Below are positions 11,385-20,920 of a stretch of 64,000 bases of DNA, one piece after another (positions within the stretch are counted from its first letter, which is position 1; every line of letters begins with the position of its first letter). The DNA lies in the NCBI GenBank assembly GCA_043228905.1, contig JBHGNT010000003.1, positions 11,222,001-11,286,000 on the forward strand, given 5' to 3'. The stretch comes from Azolla caroliniana (Eukaryota; Plantae; Polypodiophyta). The notes below the pieces were generated by a model, which was not told the DNA's origin, made no database searches, and saw only the letters and a list, made by a program, of their open reading frames with translations. Position numbers and translations under genes: made by a program.

Positions 11385-12218
11385 TGTCGTGCCTTTCGGC
11401 TCCGGATCGTTTGCGTGAGTCGGGTGGGAACCACCGGGGTTTTGGACTAGGAGGAGGAAGAATTTGAGGCTAATCTAGTTATGAATATGAATAGATTATA
11501 AGAAAGAGATATAGAAACTTGTGAATCCCACAAGTATAATTGTTTTAGTTTATCTAAATCGTAGTAATAAATTGAAATAATTTAGAATAGAGTAGAGTAG
11601 ATTGAGAAAAGAGATCAAACCTTGTGAATCCCACAAGTATTACATTAATCAATATTTATGTAAGAATATGAATTTAGATTGAAAGAGATAGATTATCTTA
11701 AACTTCGTGAATCCCACGAGTATATTTTATTGATTGTTGGTGTTTTAGGAAATATATCCAATTTCCCAAATATTTTTCACACACAATTACATTGTGCTTC
11801 CCATCCTTATGTAGTGATGAGGAAGTCTTAGTAATCCATGCTTTTTCTCTAACTATAGACCCCATGCTTTTCCTATAGATAGACTATATGCTTTATCTAA
11901 AGTGATCATGCTTTTTCTAACTTGTGCGTTTTTTATCATGCACGCTAGATGTGTATGTGTAGCTTTTTCTTTTGTTATGCGTTTTTCTAATGTTTATCCT
12001 AGCGTGAATTTACCTTTCTATGTGGGACATCTATGCTTTAACACTAATGAAATGCTAGTGTAATGGTAAGACATTACATTATTAACATGGAGGTGCAAGG
12101 TTCGAATCTTGCCCTATGCATGTTCCATTTATTTTGCTATTTTCTTCTATTTCTTCATTTTTTATTGAATCTAATACTATATACGTTTTTCACGTAGTGT
12201 ACAAAATACACTACGACA
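11385..12218 (-). repeat. D LTR 1 (834 bp)
   Basis: TGTCGTG..CTACGACA; left flank GACGT; G at 11445 where the other three LTRs have A. Confidence 0.95.
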
Positions 12219-14241
12219 CTCGCCCCCTCCAAACCCGCACATCCTCCGGTATGTGCCGAAGTTGTTGGTGTTTGTTAGTCTCCTCCGTCCGGTCTCTACC
12301 CGATTGGTTTCGTTGCCGGCTCGTAGTACCCTCGACTTCTCTTGTTATGTTGACTTTGTCTCTCCATTTGGAGCACATCCATTCTTTCCACCCGAACCAT
12401 TGTCGACATCCGATCCACCATAGTCTTCGTTCGCTTTTTGCATGGCCCGCTTGGTCCTTGTCATCCGCGTTAGTATCTTTTCTTGCCCTCTTTCTTTTCT
12501 TCATCAATCTCGACTTCTTTTCGGATTTTCGGTTTAGTCGGATTAGCTTACTTCCGATTCGGTCTCGTCGGATCGTCTTTCGTTTAGTTCGGCTTCCTTT
12601 CCGATTTGTATTCGGTCGATCCGGACTCGGTTGATCGGTTTTTACCGATTCAGTGCTCTTTCGGGTCGGTTTCTTTTCTTTTCTTTTCGTCCGAATTTGC
12701 TTTCTTTTCTTCGTTTTCACCTGCCTTGTCCGGTTCGACTTTCGGCACTTCTTTCCGTTGTTCGCTACGTAGGTCCTCCGATATGTGCTCGTTGTTCGGT
12801 CCTCGTGTGGTTGTAATGCATGCTTCTTTTCTCGCCGTAGCGCGTGCTTCTTTATTCGCCATAACACGCGTTTCTTTATTCTCCGTAGAGCGTGCTCTGT
12901 ATTACGCGCTTCTCCCGTCGTAGTCCCAACCTCCGCATTGTCGCACTTTCTTTTAGATTGGAATTTCGGATGGATCATTTTCCATCCGAACCGACTTCCG
13001 ACTTTACCTTCCTCGCCGCCATCTCCCGTCTCTCCGGTCTCACGTTGGTTCTCGGACACAACCGCCGAAGTCTCTAGATATTGTTGGCATGAATCCTCGG
13101 TATTACCTTCTTTCGTAGTTTCACCCTTAGCATTCTTCTCGGCTATCTCTTCATCGTATTCGTCAGCTTCGACATTCGTTTTCTCTCCGCCACCTTCCGT
13201 CTCTTCGGTCTCACGTTGCCTTTCGATCGCAACCGCCGGAGTCTCTGGAATCAGTGGTGGGGAAGTCTCGATATGGCAATCCGCCATTGATTCGTCCATA
13301 GCCACCTCCGATTCGATTTCGTCTTTTGTGGCTACCTCCTTAATCACATCCGCTTCACACTCTTTATTTGCATCAATTATGCAAACATCTATTATGCTTA
13401 CCCCTTTTTGACCCGATGTCTCGGGCACTTGTATCCCGAAATTTCCTTCTACACTTGAATTATCGGCCTTATCCTTCGCCATCGTTCTTTCACAAGACGA
13501 GTGGGTGTCTTGTTCCACTCTTTCTCCCGTGGTACCATCATGTTGTATTTCGGCCTTCATATTGGCTTCATCGTTTTTCCTCAATCGACCATCCTTCATG
13601 GGCCATGTCGTTGTTGACGAGATTCTCAGCTTCCTTTCATCATGTCTTCGGCATACCCTTTCGACTTTAGCCCAATCCTCGGTAAGGCCGTTCGCACCGT
13701 CATCATCTTCGAGTTCGATCCCAATGTCCATCCTTTCTTTCCGATCGATCGATCTTACGAACATTAAGACTTTATCTTCTCCCACCAATCTTCGTTCCCG
13801 CTCCGAGAGTCGAGCAAAACGATGCTCGAACTCTAGGAACGCTTGCGTTGCACTTCGGTGAGTCTTCTCCGACGCCACCCATTCGTCGAATTCTCGTCGA
13901 TCTCGTCCCGTCCATCTCTCATAGTCATATGCCTCCCGTAAAGCTTCTTCAAAGGACTCCCATGTCGAGTTTTGTTGTTGTATCTTGTGGATTCTCTCTT
14001 GTAGTTCGTCTGAGGCCACCCGACTAAAGGATATCACTTGCAATCCTTCCGGTATCCGATATTGCATCATCTCCGCCTTATATTCACGTAGGTAGCGTGA
14101 CACACCCTTACCGTTGAATTCCCCGTTTCATCGCAGAAGCCGCTCTACTGCCGCCTTCATCTCCGACATCGCACGTTGTTCTTGTTGCATCCGCTCAAAC
14201 ATTATCATCATCATGTTCATCGCCTCTTGTTGATTCTCCAT
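12211..14241 (-). pseudogene. gag: gag-derived ORF of D unit 1 (capsid-like N-terminus, acidic middle, basic tail); in-frame TGA at 14128-14130
   Basis: MENQQEAMNMMMIMFERMQQEQRAM..LLR*NGEFNGKGVSRYLREYKAEM is homologous to element A gag. No knuckle and no pol. Confidence 0.88.
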
Positions 14242-14279
14242 CTCCTTGCCACCCGCCTTCACGTCGGGTTCACCAACTG

Positions 14280-15113
14280 TGTCGTGCCTTTCGGCTCCGG
14301 ATCGTTTGCGTGAGTCGGGTGGGAACCACCGGGGTTTTGAACTAGGAGGAGGAAGAATTTGAGGCTAATCTAGTTATGAATATGAATAGATTATAAGAAA
14401 GAGATATAGAAACTTGTGAATCCCACAAGTATAATTGTTTTAGTTTATCTAAATCGTAGTAATAAATTGAAATAATTTAGAATAGAGTAGAGTAGATTGA
14501 GAAAAGAGATCAAACCTTGTGAATCCCACAAGTATTACATTAATCAATATTTATGTAAGAATATGAATTTAGATTGAAAGAGATAGATTATCTTAAACTT
14601 CGTGAATCCCACGAGTATATTTTATTGATTGTTGGTGTTTTAGGAAATATATCCAATTTCCCAAATATTTTTCACACACAATTACATTGTGCTTCCCATC
14701 CTTATGTAGTGATGAGGAAGTCTTAGTAATCCATGCTTTTTCTCTAACTATAGACCCCATGCTTTTCCTATAGATAGACTATATGCTTTATCTAAAGTGA
14801 TCATGCTTTTTCTAACTTGTGCGTTTTTTATCATGCACGCTAGATGTGTATGTGTAGCTTTTTCTTTTGTTATGCGTTTTTCTAATGTTTATCCTAGCGT
14901 GAATTTACCTTTCTATGTGGGACATCTATGCTTTAACACTAATGAAATGCTAGTGTAATGGTAAGACATTACATTATTAACATGGAGGTGCAAGGTTCGA
15001 ATCTTGCCCTATGCATGTTCCATTTATTTTGCTATTTTCTTCTATTTCTTCATTTTTTATTGAATCTAATACTATATACGTTTTTCACGTAGTGTACAAA
15101 ATACACTACGACA
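14280..15113 (-). repeat. D LTR 2 (shared between units)
   Basis: PBS on its left and PPT on its right. Confidence 0.95.
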
Positions 15114-17136
15114 CTCGCCCCCTCCAAACCCGCACATCCTCCGGTATGTGCCGAAGTTGTTGGTGTTTGTTAGTCTCCTCCGTCCGGTCTCTACCCGATT
15201 GGTTTCGTTGCCGGCTCGTAGTACCCTCGACTTCTCTTGTTATGTTGACTTTGTCTCTCCATTTGGAGCACATCCATTCTTTCCACCCGAACCATTGTCG
15301 ACATCCGATCCACCATAGTCTTCGTTCGCTTTTTGCATGGCCCGCTTGGTCCTTGTCATCCGCGTTAGTATCTTTTCTTGCCCTCTTTCTTTTCTTCATC
15401 AATCTCGACTTCTTTTCGGATTTTCGGTTTAGTCGGATTAGCTTACTTCCGATTCGGTCTCGTCGGATCGTCTTTCGTTTAGTTCGGCTTCCTTTCCGAT
15501 TTGTATTCGGTCGATCCGGACTCGGTTGATCGGTTTTTACCGATTCAGTGCTCTTTCGGGTCGGTTTCTTTTCTTTTCTTTTCGTCCGAATTTGCTTTCT
15601 TTTCTTCGTTTTCACCTGCCTTGTCCGGTTCGACTTTCGGCACTTCTTTCCGTTGTTCGCTACGTAGGTCCTCCGATATGTGCTCGTTGTTCGGTCCTCG
15701 TGTGGTTGTAATGCATGCTTCTTTTCTCGCCGTAGCGCGTGCTTCTTTATTCGCCATAACACGCGTTTCTTTATTCTCCGTAGAGCGTGCTCTGTATTAC
15801 GCGCTTCTCCCGTCGTAGTCCCAACCTCCGCATTGTCGCACTTTCTTTTAGATTGGAATTTCGGATGGATCATTTTCCATCCGAACCGACTTCCGACTTT
15901 ACCTTCCTCGCCGCCATCTCCCGTCTCTCCGGTCTCACGTTGGTTCTCGGACACAACCGCCGAAGTCTCTAGATATTGTTGGCATGAATCCTCGGTATTA
16001 CCTTCTTTCGTAGTTTCACCCTTAGCATTCTTCTCGGCTATCTCTTCATCGTATTCGTCAGCTTCGACATTCGTTTTCTCTCCGCCACCTTCCGTCTCTT
16101 CGGTCTCACGTTGCCTTTCGATCGCAACCGCCGGAGTCTCTGGAATCAGTGGTGGGGAAGTCTCGATATGGCAATCCGCCATTGATTCGTCCATAGCCAC
16201 CTCCGATTCGATTTCGTCTTTTGTGGCTACCTCCTTAATCACATCCGCTTCACACTCTTTATTTGCATCAATTATGCAAACATCTATTATGCTTACCCCT
16301 TTTTGACCCGATGTCTCGGGCACTTGTATCCCGAAATTTCCTTCTACACTTGAATTATCGGCCTTATCCTTCGCCATCGTTCTTTCACAAGACGAGTGGG
16401 TGTCTTGTTCCACTCTTTCTCCCGTGGTACCATCATGTTGTATTTCGGCCTTCATATTGGCTTCATCGTTTTTCCTCAATCGACCATCCTTCATGGGCCA
16501 TGTCGTTGTTGACGAGATTCTCAGCTTCCTTTCATCATGTCTTCGGCATACCCTTTCGACTTTAGCCCAATCCTCGGTAAGGCCGTTCGCACCGTCATCA
16601 TCTTCGAGTTCGATCCCAATGTCCATCCTTTCTTTCCGATCGATCGATCTTACGAACATTAAGACTTTATCTTCTCCCACCAATCTTCGTTCCCGCTCCG
16701 AGAGTCGAGCAAAACGATGCTCGAACTCTAGGAACGCTTGCGTTGCACTTCGGTGAGTCTTCTCCGACGCCACCCATTCGTCGAATTCTCGTCGATCTCG
16801 TCCCGTCCATCTCTCATAGTCATATGCCTCCCGTAAAGCTTCTTCAAAGGACTCCCATGTCGAGTTTTGTTGTTGTATCTTGTGGATTCTCTCTTGTAGT
16901 TCGTCTGAGGCCACCCGACTAAAGGATATCACTTGCAATCCTTCCGGTATCCGATATTGCATCATCTCCGCCTTATATTCACGTAGGTAGCGTGACACAC
17001 CCTTACCGTTGAATTCCCCGTTTCATCGCAGAAGCCGCTCTACTGCCGCCTTCATCTCCGACATCGCACGTTGTTCTTGTTGCATCCGCTCAAACATTAT
17101 CATCATCATGTTCATCGCCTCTTGTTGATTCTCCAT
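15106..17136 (-). pseudogene. gag: gag-derived ORF of D unit 2
   Basis: Translation identical to unit 1, with the same early stop. Confidence 0.88.
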
Positions 17137-17174
17137 CTCCTTGCCACCCGCCTTCACGTCGGGTTCACCAACTG

Positions 17175-18008
17175 TGTCGTGCCTTTCGGCTCCGGATCGT
17201 TTGCGTGAGTCGGGTGGGAACCACCGGGGTTTTGAACTAGGAGGAGGAAGAATTTGAGGCTAATCTAGTTATGAATATGAATAGATTATAAGAAAGAGAT
17301 ATAGAAACTTGTGAATCCCACAAGTATAATTGTTTTAGTTTATCTAAATCGTAGTAATAAATTGAAATAATTTAGAATAGAGTAGAGTAGATTGAGAAAA
17401 GAGATCAAACCTTGTGAATCCCACAAGTATTACATTAATCAATATTTATGTAAGAATATGAATTTAGATTGAAAGAGATAGATTATCTTAAACTTCGTGA
17501 ATCCCACGAGTATATTTTATTGATTGTTGGTGTTTTAGGAAATATATCCAATTTCCCAAATATTTTTCACACACAATTACATTGTGCTTCCCATCCTTAT
17601 GTAGTGATGAGGAAGTCTTAGTAATCCATGCTTTTTCTCTAACTATAGACCCCATGCTTTTCCTATAGATAGACTATATGCTTTATCTAAAGTGATCATG
17701 CTTTTTCTAACTTGTGCGTTTTTTATCATGCACGCTAGATGTGTATGTGTAGCTTTTTCTTTTGTTATGCGTTTTTCTAATGTTTATCCTAGCGTGAATT
17801 TACCTTTCTATGTGGGACATCTATGCTTTAACACTAATGAAATGCTAGTGTAATGGTAAGACATTACATTATTAACATGGAGGTGCAAGGTTCGAATCTT
17901 GCCCTATGCATGTTCCATTTATTTTGCTATTTTCTTCTATTTCTTCATTTTTTATTGAATCTAATACTATATACGTTTTTCACGTAGTGTACAAAATACA
18001 CTACGACA
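17175..18008 (-). repeat. D LTR 3 (shared between units)
   Basis: As for LTR 2. Confidence 0.95.
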
Positions 18009-20031
18009 CTCGCCCCCTCCAAACCCGCACATCCTCCGGTATGTGCCGAAGTTGTTGGTGTTTGTTAGTCTCCTCCGTCCGGTCTCTACCCGATTGGTTT
18101 CGTTGCCGGCTCGTAGTACCCTCGACTTCTCTTGTTATGTTGACTTTGTCTCTCCATTTGGAGCACATCCATTCTTTCCACCCGAACCATTGTCGACATC
18201 CGATCCACCATAGTCTTCGTTCGCTTTTTGCATGGCCCGCTTGGTCCTTGTCATCCGCGTTAGTATCTTTTCTTGCCCTCTTTCTTTTCTTCATCAATCT
18301 CGACTTCTTTTCGGATTTTCGGTTTAGTCGGATTAGCTTACTTCCGATTCGGTCTCGTCGGATCGTCTTTCGTTTAGTTCGGCTTCCTTTCCGATTTGTA
18401 TTCGGTCGATCCGGACTCGGTTGATCGGTTTTTACCGATTCAGTGCTCTTTCGGGTCGGTTTCTTTTCTTTTCTTTTCGTCCGAATTTGCTTTCTTTTCT
18501 TCGTTTTCACCTGCCTTGTCCGGTTCGACTTTCGGCACTTCTTTCCGTTGTTCGCTACGTAGGTCCTCCGATATGTGCTCGTTGTTCGGTCCTCGTGTGG
18601 TTGTAATGCATGCTTCTTTTCTCGCCGTAGCGCGTGCTTCTTTATTCGCCATAACACGCGTTTCTTTATTCTCCGTAGAGCGTGCTCTGTATTACGCGCT
18701 TCTCCCGTCGTAGTCCCAACCTCCGCATTGTCGCACTTTCTTTTAGATTGGAATTTCGGATGGATCATTTTCCATCCGAACCGACTTCCGACTTTACCTT
18801 CCTCGCCGCCATCTCCCGTCTCTCCGGTCTCACGTTGGTTCTCGGACACAACCGCCGAAGTCTCTAGATATTGTTGGCATGAATCCTCGGTATTACCTTC
18901 TTTCGTAGTTTCACCCTTAGCATTCTTCTCGGCTATCTCTTCATCGTATTCGTCAGCTTCGACATTCGTTTTCTCTCCGCCACCTTCCGTCTCTTCGGTC
19001 TCACGTTGCCTTTCGATCGCAACCGCCGGAGTCTCTGGAATCAGTGGTGGGGAAGTCTCGATATGGCAATCCGCCATTGATTCGTCCATAGCCACCTCCG
19101 ATTCGATTTCGTCTTTTGTGGCTACCTCCTTAATCACATCCGCTTCACACTCTTTATTTGCATCAATTATGCAAACATCTATTATGCTTACCCCTTTTTG
19201 ACCCGATGTCTCGGGCACTTGTATCCCGAAATTTCCTTCTACACTTGAATTATCGGCCTTATCCTTCGCCATCGTTCTTTCACAAGACGAGTGGGTGTCT
19301 TGTTCCACTCTTTCTCCCGTGGTACCATCATGTTGTATTTCGGCCTTCATATTGGCTTCATCGTTTTTCCTCAATCGACCATCCTTCATGGGCCATGTCG
19401 TTGTTGACGAGATTCTCAGCTTCCTTTCATCATGTCTTCGGCATACCCTTTCGACTTTAGCCCAATCCTCGGTAAGGCCGTTCGCACCGTCATCATCTTC
19501 GAGTTCGATCCCAATGTCCATCCTTTCTTTCCGATCGATCGATCTTACGAACATTAAGACTTTATCTTCTCCCACCAATCTTCGTTCCCGCTCCGAGAGT
19601 CGAGCAAAACGATGCTCGAACTCTAGGAACGCTTGCGTTGCACTTCGGTGAGTCTTCTCCGACGCCACCCATTCGTCGAATTCTCGTCGATCTCGTCCCG
19701 TCCATCTCTCATAGTCATATGCCTCCCGTAAAGCTTCTTCAAAGGACTCCCATGTCGAGTTTTGTTGTTGTATCTTGTGGATTCTCTCTTGTAGTTCGTC
19801 TGAGGCCACCCGACTAAAGGATATCACTTGCAATCCTTCCGGTATCCGATATTGCATCATCTCCGCCTTATATTCACGTAGGTAGCGTGACACACCCTTA
19901 CCGTTGAATTCCCCGTTTCATCGCAGAAGCCGCTCTACTGCCGCCTTCATCTCCGACATCGCACGTTGTTCTTGTTGCATCCGCTCAAACATTATCATCA
20001 TCATGTTCATCGCCTCTTGTTGATTCTCCAT
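18001..20031 (-). pseudogene. gag: gag-derived ORF of D unit 3
   Basis: Translation identical to unit 1, with the same early stop. Confidence 0.88.
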
Positions 20032-20069
20032 CTCCTTGCCACCCGCCTTCACGTCGGGTTCACCAACTG

Positions 20070-20903
20070 TGTCGTGCCTTTCGGCTCCGGATCGTTTGCG
20101 TGAGTCGGGTGGGAACCACCGGGGTTTTGAACTAGGAGGAGGAAGAATTTGAGGCTAATCTAGTTATGAATATGAATAGATTATAAGAAAGAGATATAGA
20201 AACTTGTGAATCCCACAAGTATAATTGTTTTAGTTTATCTAAATCGTAGTAATAAATTGAAATAATTTAGAATAGAGTAGAGTAGATTGAGAAAAGAGAT
20301 CAAACCTTGTGAATCCCACAAGTATTACATTAATCAATATTTATGTAAGAATATGAATTTAGATTGAAAGAGATAGATTATCTTAAACTTCGTGAATCCC
20401 ACGAGTATATTTTATTGATTGTTGGTGTTTTAGGAAATATATCCAATTTCCCAAATATTTTTCACACACAATTACATTGTGCTTCCCATCCTTATGTAGT
20501 GATGAGGAAGTCTTAGTAATCCATGCTTTTTCTCTAACTATAGACCCCATGCTTTTCCTATAGATAGACTATATGCTTTATCTAAAGTGATCATGCTTTT
20601 TCTAACTTGTGCGTTTTTTATCATGCACGCTAGATGTGTATGTGTAGCTTTTTCTTTTGTTATGCGTTTTTCTAATGTTTATCCTAGCGTGAATTTACCT
20701 TTCTATGTGGGACATCTATGCTTTAACACTAATGAAATGCTAGTGTAATGGTAAGACATTACATTATTAACATGGAGGTGCAAGGTTCGAATCTTGCCCT
20801 ATGCATGTTCCATTTATTTTGCTATTTTCTTCTATTTCTTCATTTTTTATTGAATCTAATACTATATACGTTTTTCACGTAGTGTACAAAATACACTACG
20901 ACA
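20070..20903 (-). repeat. D LTR 4
   Basis: Followed by PPT and internal sequence (20904-20920) rather than a TSD. Confidence 0.95.
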
Positions 20904-20920
20904 CTCGCCCCCTCCAAACC

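Larger units (their letters stand above)
11385..20920 (-). mobile_element. Array D: tandem LTR-internal units of a gag-only non-autonomous retrotransposon (4 LTRs, 3 internal regions, 17 bp of a fourth); period 2895 bp
   Basis: LTRs at 11385-12218, 14280-15113, 17175-18008 and 20070-20903. Each internal region has a Trp PBS and PPT (GGAGGGGGCGAG). The ORF track repeats exactly at +2895. Confidence 0.96.

Noticed and set aside
12049-12121. Functional tRNA gene in the LTR
   Set aside because: No acceptor stem or proper anticodon arm. Reported only as an A/B-box module.
14128-14130. Programmed readthrough at the TGA in D gag
   Set aside because: The context TGA-AAC is not a known readthrough motif, and the homologous codon in A is CGA, consistent with CpG deamination.
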